In this document: in pieces, positions 27,026 to 36,388 of the stretch
Layout: each line of letters opens with the position of its first letter
How positions within the stretch are numbered: the first letter of the stretch is position 1
DNA from: an uncultured Muribaculaceae bacterium
Lineage (GTDB): Bacteria > Cyanobacteriota > Vampirovibrionia > Gastranaerophilales > Gastranaerophilaceae
Direction: 5' to 3'
DNA length: 64,000 bases
NCBI GenBank assembly: GCA_964461115.1
Contig: CAYWSX010000006.1
Coordinates: forward strand, 60,892-124,891
Position numbers and translations under genes: made by a program
The notes under the pieces: generated by a model
The model's database searches: none
The model's input: only the letters and a program-made list of their open reading frames with translations
What the model was told of the DNA's origin: nothing

Positions 27026-28426
27026 TTATATATTTTCCGTAAAATCGTTGTAATCTTTTCCGCCAACGGCTTTGTAAACATTGATTGTTGAAATTATGTA
27101 ATTAATTTTATTTGAAATTTCAGATTCTTCACTTAAGAGAAGTGCTTCTTGTGCCTTGAGGTTGTCAAGAGTTGAAGCTGCCCCGATTTTCATTTTTTTG
27201 TTTAATAATGTGTATTTTTCTGCTTCCAGCTTATTTCTTTCAACGCTTTGCGTGTAATTTTTTCTACCGGTTTTTGCAGAAGATAAAGAATCGTTTATTT
27301 CTTGAATTGAGGTCAAAATGGTTTTTTCGTATAGCTGTGAAGCTTTTTCATATTCAAGTTTGCCAAATCTTAAGTGTGCAAGCTTTCTGCCGCCTGAAAA
27401 CAGGTCAAATGAGGGTGCTATACCTGCATTTGAAAGTAAGGCATTGCCTGAAAATATTCGTCCCCAGTCGTATGCATTAAATCCTAGCTGTCCGTATATA
27501 AGAAACTTAGGCAAGAAATCTCTGCGAGCGACTTTTACGTCATAGCCTATTTTTTGAATATATTCTTCTGTTCTTAATAAGTCGGGGCGATTTTTAACAG
27601 CTTCAGTGCTTATATTGTCAGGGATATTTGGCATTTTAAGGTTTTCATAGGTGCCTGTTTCAAGTTCTTTTTTATTTCTGTCTCCCAAGAGTACCAGCAT
27701 TTGATTTTCAAGTGTTTCGCGCTTTTCTTTCAGGTTATTTAATTCCTCTTCAAAAATCGTCAATGTTTGCTTTGCGCTTATTACTTCCATAGACGGACAG
27801 AGCCCGTTTTGGAATTTTTTTTCTTCCATAACTGTTATTTTCTTTTGAAGATTGATTAATTTTTCTTGATTTTCAATTAATTTACTTACTTTAATTAAGT
27901 TAAAATAGTCAGATGCAACGGAAGATGTCAGCGAAATATAGGCTGCGCGTTCTTCTTGCTTCGCCATTTCAAGCTGCTTTTTGTAGCTTTTTGTTCTTAA
28001 ATGATTTTGCCCCCAAATATCAAGCTCGTATGTCATGGCAAGAGGGAGTGTAAAATGGTTTTGAGAGTAATTCGGAATTATAAGTTCTCCAAACTGAACA
28101 TCGCTTGAACGCAGCTCTCTTTGGAAATTACCGCTAAAACCTATTTGCGGCAGCTCTTGTGCCAATGATTGTTTTACAATTTGCTGTGTTTGCTTTGTTT
28201 TTAGAGTTGCAATTTTTAAATCTTGGTTGTTTTGGTAAGAAATTAGTAAATATTCTTTAAGTTTTTCGTCATTAAACTTAGACCACCAGTCTAAATTCAG
28301 GTATGCCAAGCGATAATCCATACTTTGAGGTTTTTTGAGTATTTTTGCCTGGACAATTCCCACGTTTGACGGATTAATTGTTAACAATGTTATAAAAAAT
28401 AATGTTATTAATTTACTCTTTTTCAT
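27026..28426 (-). CDS. Outer-membrane efflux protein (TolC/NodT family)
   Basis: Signal peptide and two tandem OEP-type coiled-coil/beta repeats. 466 aa. Confidence 0.8.
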   Translation of the reverse strand: MKKSKLITLFFITLLTINPSNVGIVQAKILKKPQSMDYRLAYLNLDWWSKFNDEKLKEYLLISYQNNQDLKIATLKTKQTQQIVKQSLAQELPQIGFSGNFQRELRSSDVQFGELIIPNYSQNHFTLPLAMTYELDIWGQNHLRTKSYKKQLEMAKQEERAAYISLTSSVASDYFNLIKVSKLIENQEKLINLQKKITVMEEKKFQNGLCPSMEVISAKQTLTIFEEELNNLKEKRETLENQMLVLLGDRNKKELETGTYENLKMPNIPDNISTEAVKNRPDLLRTEEYIQKIGYDVKVARRDFLPKFLIYGQLGFNAYDWGRIFSGNALLSNAGIAPSFDLFSGGRKLAHLRFGKLEYEKASQLYEKTILTSIQEINDSLSSAKTGRKNYTQSVERNKLEAEKYTLLNKKMKIGAASTLDNLKAQEALLLSEESEISNKINYIISTINVYKAVGGKDYNDFTENI

Positions 28427-28429
28427 ATG

Positions 28430-28453
28430 CTTGTGTTATTATAATAACACAAG
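28430..28453. promoter_or_regulatory. Perfect 24-bp palindrome CTTGTGTTATTA|TAATAACACAAG, candidate MarR operator
   Basis: Read directly. Fills most of the 36-bp gap between the divergent OMF and marR start codons. Confidence 0.6.
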
Positions 28454-28462
28454 CGAGAAAAT

Positions 28463-28921
28463 ATGCAAAAAAAAATTATTTTAGAAAGCAGAATAGGATT
28501 AAAACTGGTACAACTTGGTACTTTGGCCAGAGTTCATGCAGGGCAGATTTTTTCTGAGAAGAATTTGTCGATTACTCCTGAGCAATTTACTGTGCTGTCT
28601 ACTCTTGTTGCTGAGAATGGTTTATATGCTCGTCAAATTTCATCGATTACGTTAAAAGACCGCCCAAATATTTCCAGAATATTGAAAATTCTTGAAAAAG
28701 CCGAATTAATTACAAAAAAAGCTGATGTGAACAAAAGGAAGATTTATAAAGTTTTTATTACGGAGAAGGGGAAAGCTATATACGAAGAAGCTCTTCCTGT
28801 GATTATAAGTCTTTGGAATCAGATAATGGTAGATATAGACGAATCGACAATCAATCTTCTTATTCCCGCTTTAGAAAAAATGAAAGAAAATTTACAAGAT
28901 AAGGTTAATATGCAAATTTAG
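28463..28921 (+). CDS. MarR family transcriptional regulator
   Basis: wHTH pattern LTPEQFTVLSTL...ARQISSITLKDRPNISRILKILEKAELI. Confidence 0.85.
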   Translation: MQKKIILESRIGLKLVQLGTLARVHAGQIFSEKNLSITPEQFTVLSTLVAENGLYARQISSITLKDRPNISRILKILEKAELITKKADVNKRKIYKVFITEKGKAIYEEALPVIISLWNQIMVDIDESTINLLIPALEKMKENLQDKVNMQI

Positions 28922-28929
28922 AGGTTCCA

Positions 28930-30048
28930 ATGAGTGAAGATGAAAAAAGTAAAGCCGAATTAAATATTGATAATCATGAAGCCGGCAGCCGTCCGCTTCA
29001 TGACAGACGTGCTGCCGATAGGCGCAGAAAGCCGCGTATGCAAAAGAAACGAGTTGTAGTTCCGATAGTTTCCGCAATTTTACTTATTTTATTCGGGATT
29101 TATGCGGCTATATACTCGACCCGTTTTCAAACAACCGATGATGCTTTTGTGGAAGGGCATATCATAAGTGTAGCACCGAAAGTTGCGGGTCCGATTGAAA
29201 AGCTGTTTGTGGATGATAACGAACTTGTAAAGGAAGGGCAAATAATTGCTAAAATTATTCCCGACGATTATGAGACAAAGCTCCATTCTGCAGAAGCAAA
29301 GCTTGATGAGGCAAAAGCTCAGTTAAAAGTTATTCAAAATCAGATTGCTGAAGGTACATCTAATGTGCACCAGACCTATGAGGATGTCACATCGGCAAAA
29401 TCCAAACTGGACTTTGCGCAAAAGGATTACAAACGTTATTCTTCAATGTATAAAGAAGGCATTGTCTCAAAACAGGACTACGACAGCAGTTCGACAGGGC
29501 TGACTGTGTCGCAGGCAAGTCACAAGGCTTCTTCAGAAAAGGCAAAAGCTGCAAAATCAGTCTTAGCTTCAAATGAGGCAAAAGCTGAAGCAAAAAAAGC
29601 TGAAATTAAGAAACTGGAAGCAGAGCTGGAACAGGCGAAACTGGATTTATCTTATACAAATATTTATGCTCCTGAGGCTGGCATGATAGCTTCGAGAAAT
29701 GTGGAAAAAGGCAACTATGTTCAGGTTGCTCAGCCTCTTCTTGCAATAGTTCCCGAAAAAATATGGATTGTTGCGAATTTTAAGGAAGTTCAACTGGCTA
29801 ATATGAAAAAAGGTCAAGCCGTGTCAATAAAAGTCGATGCGTATCCGGGTAAAAAATTTAAAGGCAAAGTAGACAGTATACAGCGCGCAACAGGTGCCAA
29901 ATCCAGTCTTTTTCCACCTGAAAACGCAGTCGGCAGCTATGTGAAAATTGTGCAGCGAGTGCCTGTTAAAATTTTGTTTGAAGAAGATTATTCAAAATAC
30001 AATATTGTTCCCGGAATGTCGGTTGTGCCGACAGTGAGGGTTAAATAG
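28930..30048 (+). CDS. HlyD/EmrA-type membrane fusion protein
   Basis: N-terminal TM helix, biotinyl-lipoyl-like hairpin, long coiled coil and C-terminal beta-barrel (VKILFEE...PGMSV). Confidence 0.85.
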   Translation: MSEDEKSKAELNIDNHEAGSRPLHDRRAADRRRKPRMQKKRVVVPIVSAILLILFGIYAAIYSTRFQTTDDAFVEGHIISVAPKVAGPIEKLFVDDNELVKEGQIIAKIIPDDYETKLHSAEAKLDEAKAQLKVIQNQIAEGTSNVHQTYEDVTSAKSKLDFAQKDYKRYSSMYKEGIVSKQDYDSSSTGLTVSQASHKASSEKAKAAKSVLASNEAKAEAKKAEIKKLEAELEQAKLDLSYTNIYAPEAGMIASRNVEKGNYVQVAQPLLAIVPEKIWIVANFKEVQLANMKKGQAVSIKVDAYPGKKFKGKVDSIQRATGAKSSLFPPENAVGSYVKIVQRVPVKILFEEDYSKYNIVPGMSVVPTVRVK

Positions 30049-30070
30049 ATTCAATAGTCGAATATTAAAA

Positions 30071-33000
30071 TCAAATCCCATAGCGGCAGAGATATTTATA
30101 GTCACAAACATTACATTCAAAGCCGCTATTTTCCTTGAGCTTATAATCGTTTTCCAAATATTTTACTGCTGCATGGATATCGTTTTCCAGTGCAGTTTGG
30201 ATAATATTTTCATCCTCAAGAGGGATTTCTAAACTTTTTCCATCTGTTTTGGTATTTAAAAGAATTGCTTTTTTTATTATCAGGGCTTCATTTTCACAAG
30301 CTTTTTTGTAAATATAAAGCTGTTTAAAATAATTTTCTTTAAAAAATTCAATATTTTCGTTTGTCTTGAAGTCAATAATAGTAAAGGTTTTGTCGGAATT
30401 CTCGACAAGTAAGTCAATATCGCCATTAAATTCAATATTTTTTCCTGCGAACACATAGTTAAAGCTGACAGATTTTTCAACTTGTGGATTTTGGACTTTG
30501 GTCGGAGCAAAATTGCTGCTTAGAAAAGCGTCATAGTGTTGAACAATTTTTTCTTCCTCTGCTGAATCAAGCTGCATTGGCGCGAGGTATTTTAATACGT
30601 CTTGACGGCTCAATTCTCTTTTGTATACAAAACTGTTGTAAATAAGTTTGTGTACAATGCTGCCTGTTTCAAACCCGTCTTTTTCGACTGTAAGAGGCGG
30701 GAATTTATACTTGTATTTGAGCAAAAACCTATTTTCACATTTATTTAGAGTATTTAGCATGCTAAACGAGAATTTATAGTTTTCGGCAGGGGTTTTTAAT
30801 TCGAGACATGTTTGCAGGGGATTTGAGTGAAATGGTTTTCTCCCGAAGCTTATCGTTTTTACAGGCTGTTTTTCGACACAAATTTTCCCTTCGTTAATTT
30901 CCTCTTTTAATACAAAATCAGGGAAATCCTTGGTGTAATAGGCAGGTTTATTATGAGACGAGGGTTTAAACGTGATTATATTTAAATATTTTTCAGCACG
31001 TGATACAGCAACGTAAAATAGCCTTATATTTTCGTTCAATTCTCGTGGTTTTTTCCAGATTTCGTCATATACAAGCTTTTTCGGCGATTTTTTTTCATTC
31101 AATTTTGAAACTATTAGCCCGAACCCCGGTTTTTCTCCGTACTGTAGGTCAAAAATTATGTTTTCATCACTTTTTTTGAGCTTATCTGTTATGTTCGATA
31201 CAAAAATATATGGAAATTCGAGCCCTTTACTTGCATGTATTGTCAAAAGCTGTACGGCATCAATTTCAAAAGTTGTGACGGATGGAAGCTCAAAGTCGCG
31301 CTCTTCTTCAATTTTGTCAAAATAGTCTAAAAAGCCTGAAACGCTTGCATAGCCTTTTTTCTGTGCAAAATCCGAAATTATTTTTTCAAATATTCTTAAA
31401 TTTTGTTCTGCTTTGCAAGTTTCGATTTTGTCTAAGTCACTTGTAATTGGTATGTTTTGCTCCATTTTATAAAAAGTTTGCAAAAGGTTCAGTTTTTGTT
31501 TTTCTTTTAACACTGATGACAGAGTCGAGAAAATTTTCTTTAAATCTTTATTTTCGAGAAAGTTGTTTTCATAAAGTTTGATTGCTTTTTCACAGAAATT
31601 CAATTTTTTATCATTTGTTTTTATATTTATATCAAAATTATAATCCAAATCTTTTTTTAGTTTGTAAATTTGGCTTTGTGTTAAATTTGCGGATAAAATC
31701 CTCACAAGGGCGATTTCATCGTATGGATTTTTCACAAGTCTCAACAGACATATCGCGTTTTTCACGACGGGATGAGTAAAAAAGCTTTTATTTGTTTTCT
31801 TTACGGCAGGTATCCCGTAGCTTGTTAAAATTTCTTCAATAAGCTCAGCCTGGCTGTGAGACTTAACAAGTACTGCAAAGTCTTTGTAGAAAACGTTTTC
31901 AGTGGTTTTTAGTTTTTGAATCTCACTTGCAATATACTTCGCCTCGATTTCTTTTAGGTTTTGTGCATTTTCAAAATCAGTAATTTCGGTATTTTTGACA
32001 TACTTGTTCTCAGCTTCAAAAGGCTCATAAGGTGCAGGATTTGCCGTTAATTGCTCGTCCAAATTTAAACTGTTTACAGTCGTATAATTCACCGCATTGA
32101 GTACATGCGGCGTAGAACGATAGTTTGTCTCAAGCTTTATTTCAGGGTATTTTTCACCGTATTTCTTTTCAATGAATTTATGTAAAACCTCCAAGTTTTC
32201 CATTTGAGCGAACCGGAATCCGTAAATTGATTGCTTTCTGTCTCCGACGAAAGTAATGTTGGGCTGATTTTCATCCAGCAGGAGCTTTATAAGTTCCAGC
32301 TGAGAGCCGTTAGTATCCTGAAATTCGTCAATAATCAGGTGGCGGAAGTGCTTTTGATAATACGTGCAAATTACAGGATTGTTTTTCATAATTAGTATTG
32401 TTTTGTTGATTAAATCATCAAAGTCCGCTGTATTACGTTCTTCCAGCTCTTTTTGATAAACAGCATAAATTAGTGCAATTGTTTTTGTTAAATAAATCTC
32501 AATTTCGCCGTACTTGTCGGTATTTTCAGGGAATCCATGCGCAAATTCCCAGGCTTCGGGCTTTGATTTTCCATTTTTGTCTAAAATTACGCCTTTGGCA
32601 GAAAGCCCGTCAAAGGCCTCTTTATGTTCAAATTTGCAAAAATCGTCCTGGTATGCTTTCAAATGAGTATCCCAGCCCAGGATAAAATCCTCTCGACTGG
32701 TTTTGATAAAAGGTAGTGTTTTCAATGTTTTTGAGAAATATTCTGAAGAATAAAGTGTTTTGTCTAAAAATTCTTTAGGTGTAAGTCCGAGCGATTTAAC
32801 TTTTTTTATTACTTTAAAAATATCTTCAAAAATACTGTCTAGTGCTGCTACAGCTGTCAGTTTTTTAAGATTTTGTACTGACAAAAGCTCTTTTTCAAGA
32901 CCCAAATTTTCTGCAATTTTGTCAATATCGATAAGTTCTGAAAACTCATTATATTTAAGACTTTTGAGGATATTTTGGTATATTTCGGATAATGCTGACT

Positions 33001-33385
33001 CATCTGCGAGTTCAAAGTCAGAGGACAAATTTGCCTCAATAGAATGCTTTCTCAGGATTTTGCTGCAAAAACCATGAAACGTTGAAATCCAGAGCTCTTC
33101 ACCTTGTGCAGGCAGGTTATTTGCGGCGAGTTCGTTTATAATCCTTGTTTTCATTTCGTTTGCGGCTTTATCAGTGAATGTAATAACCAAGATTCGTGAA
33201 ACAGGATTCTCAATTTCTGCGTCAATTAAGTCAAACGCCAGCTTTGCAAAGCGTTTTGAAATTATTTTAGTTTTGCCGGTTCCCGCGCCGGCAACAATTT
33301 TAGTGCATGAATAAAGAGGATTTTGAACGGCCTGTTTTTGTGCATTGTTAAGGTTTTCGAGGATTTTTTCGGTTGCATTAATCAT
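30071..33385 (-). CDS. addA: AddA-like UvrD/PcrA-family helicase with C-terminal PD-(D/E)XK nuclease
   Basis: Walker A AGAGTGKT, DEFQDT, and C-terminal CxxCxxxxxC (CNVCDYKYLC). Start set at M31 of the ORF (GAGGAGAAG RBS). Confidence 0.85.
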   Translation of the reverse strand: MINATEKILENLNNAQKQAVQNPLYSCTKIVAGAGTGKTKIISKRFAKLAFDLIDAEIENPVSRILVITFTDKAANEMKTRIINELAANNLPAQGEELWISTFHGFCSKILRKHSIEANLSSDFELADESALSEIYQNILKSLKYNEFSELIDIDKIAENLGLEKELLSVQNLKKLTAVAALDSIFEDIFKVIKKVKSLGLTPKEFLDKTLYSSEYFSKTLKTLPFIKTSREDFILGWDTHLKAYQDDFCKFEHKEAFDGLSAKGVILDKNGKSKPEAWEFAHGFPENTDKYGEIEIYLTKTIALIYAVYQKELEERNTADFDDLINKTILIMKNNPVICTYYQKHFRHLIIDEFQDTNGSQLELIKLLLDENQPNITFVGDRKQSIYGFRFAQMENLEVLHKFIEKKYGEKYPEIKLETNYRSTPHVLNAVNYTTVNSLNLDEQLTANPAPYEPFEAENKYVKNTEITDFENAQNLKEIEAKYIASEIQKLKTTENVFYKDFAVLVKSHSQAELIEEILTSYGIPAVKKTNKSFFTHPVVKNAICLLRLVKNPYDEIALVRILSANLTQSQIYKLKKDLDYNFDINIKTNDKKLNFCEKAIKLYENNFLENKDLKKIFSTLSSVLKEKQKLNLLQTFYKMEQNIPITSDLDKIETCKAEQNLRIFEKIISDFAQKKGYASVSGFLDYFDKIEEERDFELPSVTTFEIDAVQLLTIHASKGLEFPYIFVSNITDKLKKSDENIIFDLQYGEKPGFGLIVSKLNEKKSPKKLVYDEIWKKPRELNENIRLFYVAVSRAEKYLNIITFKPSSHNKPAYYTKDFPDFVLKEEINEGKICVEKQPVKTISFGRKPFHSNPLQTCLELKTPAENYKFSFSMLNTLNKCENRFLLKYKYKFPPLTVEKDGFETGSIVHKLIYNSFVYKRELSRQDVLKYLAPMQLDSAEEEKIVQHYDAFLSSNFAPTKVQNPQVEKSVSFNYVFAGKNIEFNGDIDLLVENSDKTFTIIDFKTNENIEFFKENYFKQLYIYKKACENEALIIKKAILLNTKTDGKSLEIPLEDENIIQTALENDIHAAVKYLENDYKLKENSGFECNVCDYKYLCRYGI

Positions 33386-36302
33386 CGTCTTCTCCTCTTT
33401 TTTTGTCACAAAGAATTTTATATGAGCAATTCGCGCAGTTTCTTTCATTACTTGTTTGCCCAAAATGTTTTTCAAGTCTGATTTTATCCAAAATGGTTGT
33501 TTTCAGATTTGAGGTAATTTGCGGTAAAAATTCTTCAAGTTTTTCTTTTGCTATATAGTCTGCTAAAAACCCGTCATACTTATTTTTAGCACGAATATAC
33601 AACATTCCGAGTTCGCTCACTTTTTCTTTGATTGCGGCAAACTCATCAGCATTTTGTGATGCCATATAATAAATCGGCATTTGGTAGTCGAAGCCTGATT
33701 CTTTATCCTTACTTTCTTTCCCTGTTTTTGTCAGGAATTTGACGCCGTTTTCGCTGATATAGTAGTCTAGTCCCTCGCTGCTTTTGCCTGACTTGAAATC
33801 GACAATTTTGTATTCGTCATTGAATCTGTATATTGCGTCAACTCTTCCTTCAAAAATGATATTAGAAATTTCCTCTGTTTTAAATTCAAAACTTTTTTCG
33901 CAAATTACTTCATCGGGAATTTTAGTAAAAAAGTTGTTGTTTTCCATCTCTTCTATCGCACTCAGGAATTGCATTTTCATCTCTTCAAGCGAAAGAGGGT
34001 CAGAAGCTTTTATCAGCTCCGTATCTTTTTCTTTAAATCCTGCAAGAAAAGCATTTTCAGTATTATTGTATGCAGAGAAAAGCTTCTCTGTAAGTTCTGC
34101 AAGCGTTTTTGCCGAGTACTCGCTTAAATAATTTCTGTTAAAGTTTTCCATTATCGCGTGAACAATATTTCCGTAATTTGCTTCGAAAGTGCTTGTTTCT
34201 TTTAATTTAAGCAGATGTTTTAAGTAGAATTTTACGGGGCAAACTTGAAATGCGGATATTGATGATTTGCTCATTGAAATTATTTCATTTTCTTCTAAAA
34301 TTTGAGTCTTCGAATTTGAATTTTTACTTGAAATCTCGATTAAACTTTCATCAGCATCGATTGTTAAAACTTTTTGCGGGATTGTATTTTCGGAATCTAT
34401 TCCGGTCAAAAATTGATAGAAAGTTGAAGGCTGCACTGATTTTTTGTCTTCGTAGGTGTGTGTTGATAAAATTAACTGTTCAGAGGCAGTAAACATAGAT
34501 TTTGCAAACGAAACGGCTGATTTTTTCAATAAATTTTTGTCTTCAGAAATTAACGTCTCATAACTCTTGCGTATCTCTTTTAGCTTTCCTGAGATTTTAA
34601 TATTCGCGTCAAAAGAGATGAATTGTGTGTGTGAATTCTTTTCTGTGTCCGTATTTTCAGTTAGGCAGGGCATATATACGATTTTGCGTAAGGTTTTTGA
34701 TTCGTCATTCTTGCCCAGAAATTTTACACAATTTTTTTCTTGATTTTCAATTTCAAGGTTTTTATTTAAGAGTTCGATAACAGTCTGCAGGGGCGGATTT
34801 TGCTTCGTAAGAGTGCAGGAAAGGCTTATAAGCGGGTTAAGCTGTGAGAATATTCTTGCCGTAAGATTGTTAAAGTTTTCTGACTTTTCATTAAACTTTG
34901 AAGCTGTAAACGCAATTATGTCAGTAATTTTTCCGCCATTGTAGAATTCAAAAATTTGTTCAAACGTTTTAAGTTCAGAAATAAGTTTTTGACGGTCGTT
35001 TTCATTTAAAATATTCAAATGATTTTTTACTGTATAAAACAAAGATAAATCGCTGCGGTTTTCTTTGATTTCGCTGAACTTGTCTTTTAAAAACTGATTT
35101 TCAAGGGTTTCTGAAATAATATTTTCCAGTAGAAGATTAATTTTGCTGAAAATACTTTCCAGTTTGGATTTTGACTGAATTTTGAATGTATTCACGTTGT
35201 TTTCAAAAATATTTTCAGTTCCGAGTTTTGTAAAATTTTCACAAAGTGAAAAGTATCTGGTTAGTTTAACTATGAAGTTTTGAAAACTTTCATCGACGGA
35301 TTTAGTGTTTGTCGGAATATTTTTTGAGATAAAAATATCTTTAAATAGCTCTTGCGAAGCCTTATTCGGGAGAATAACCGAAAAATCTGAGAATTCATAC
35401 TTTTTTGCATTAATTTTGGAAATAATGTCTTCAGCAATAAATTCTGCCTCCTCTTTTCTGTCAGAAAATGCAAGGTACTTAATTTTTTCGGACTTAGAAA
35501 GATTTCCTGTGGTTTTATTTGCAGAAAATTTTTCAAAAAGCGCAAAAGCTCTTTCTGCAATATCATTCTTGATTGGGATTTCGCATTGATTGTCATCAAA
35601 ATAGTTGATGAAGTGAATTCTTGTATCGGAAACTAAATCAAAAAGTTCTATTTCTGAATCAGAAAGATTCTGCATTTCATCGACGAGAATAATTGAAAAT
35701 TTTTGCTTTATTTTTCTTGCATATTCAGGATAGCTTTTTAAAAGTTCTAATGTGTATTTTGGCAGTTCTCTTTTATCGATAAAATTCAGCCCTTTTAAAA
35801 TCTCCAGGTAGGACGAAAAGCTTTCTGCAATAATTTCAAGCCTCTTTTTATCTGATAGAGTTATTTCAGCTTGTGATAATGCATTTTGGAAATCTTTTGG
35901 TGAAATATCAGCATTCAAAAATTCACCGAAAATTTTGTAGAGTTCTTTAGAAAATGAATCCGATTTTGTAAGGTTGAAAAGTGCTTCATTGGTGCTAAAA
36001 GTATTTTTGATAATTAATTTTATAATATAATATGCGGAAAACTCGTTTAAAGTCTTGCAGGTATTAACTTGAGGTGATTTTCGCAGAAGATACTCATAAA
36101 AACCCTGAAATGAGTATGTTTTTTGAGTTTTGGAATCTAACAGGGTGCGAAGATTTTTTTCGGATGACAAAACAACCGAATTTTCGGCTGCTTGCGATTT
36201 TATCAATGAATATTTTTCATCAGAATGAAGATAATGTACAATCTTTTTCAACGATTTTCCCCTGTATTTAATAATTATATTAGATAGGGCTATAAAATTC
36301 AA
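33378..36302 (-). CDS. addB: AddB-like helicase-nuclease subunit (degenerate helicase domain plus Fe-S type nuclease domain)
   Basis: No Walker A. C-terminal CANCSYKILC (CxxCxxxxxC) plus upstream Cys (FQVCPVKFY). Immediately upstream of addA. Exact start uncertain (non-ATG). Confidence 0.75.
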   Translation of the reverse strand: MNFIALSNIIIKYRGKSLKKIVHYLHSDEKYSLIKSQAAENSVVLSSEKNLRTLLDSKTQKTYSFQGFYEYLLRKSPQVNTCKTLNEFSAYYIIKLIIKNTFSTNEALFNLTKSDSFSKELYKIFGEFLNADISPKDFQNALSQAEITLSDKKRLEIIAESFSSYLEILKGLNFIDKRELPKYTLELLKSYPEYARKIKQKFSIILVDEMQNLSDSEIELFDLVSDTRIHFINYFDDNQCEIPIKNDIAERAFALFEKFSANKTTGNLSKSEKIKYLAFSDRKEEAEFIAEDIISKINAKKYEFSDFSVILPNKASQELFKDIFISKNIPTNTKSVDESFQNFIVKLTRYFSLCENFTKLGTENIFENNVNTFKIQSKSKLESIFSKINLLLENIISETLENQFLKDKFSEIKENRSDLSLFYTVKNHLNILNENDRQKLISELKTFEQIFEFYNGGKITDIIAFTASKFNEKSENFNNLTARIFSQLNPLISLSCTLTKQNPPLQTVIELLNKNLEIENQEKNCVKFLGKNDESKTLRKIVYMPCLTENTDTEKNSHTQFISFDANIKISGKLKEIRKSYETLISEDKNLLKKSAVSFAKSMFTASEQLILSTHTYEDKKSVQPSTFYQFLTGIDSENTIPQKVLTIDADESLIEISSKNSNSKTQILEENEIISMSKSSISAFQVCPVKFYLKHLLKLKETSTFEANYGNIVHAIMENFNRNYLSEYSAKTLAELTEKLFSAYNNTENAFLAGFKEKDTELIKASDPLSLEEMKMQFLSAIEEMENNNFFTKIPDEVICEKSFEFKTEEISNIIFEGRVDAIYRFNDEYKIVDFKSGKSSEGLDYYISENGVKFLTKTGKESKDKESGFDYQMPIYYMASQNADEFAAIKEKVSELGMLYIRAKNKYDGFLADYIAKEKLEEFLPQITSNLKTTILDKIRLEKHFGQTSNERNCANCSYKILCDKKRGEDDD

Positions 36303-36388
36303 ATTTCTACATAAACAGGGCGTTTTCAGTTTACAAAAAGGGTCGTGAATGATATGCTTTAACCAAAAGATTTTGTTGGAGGAACATT

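Noticed and set aside
33386-33475. 30-codon N-terminal extension of addA overlapping the addB 3' end
   Set aside because: The ATG at 33385 has a GAGGAG RBS and gives the canonical helicase N-terminus.
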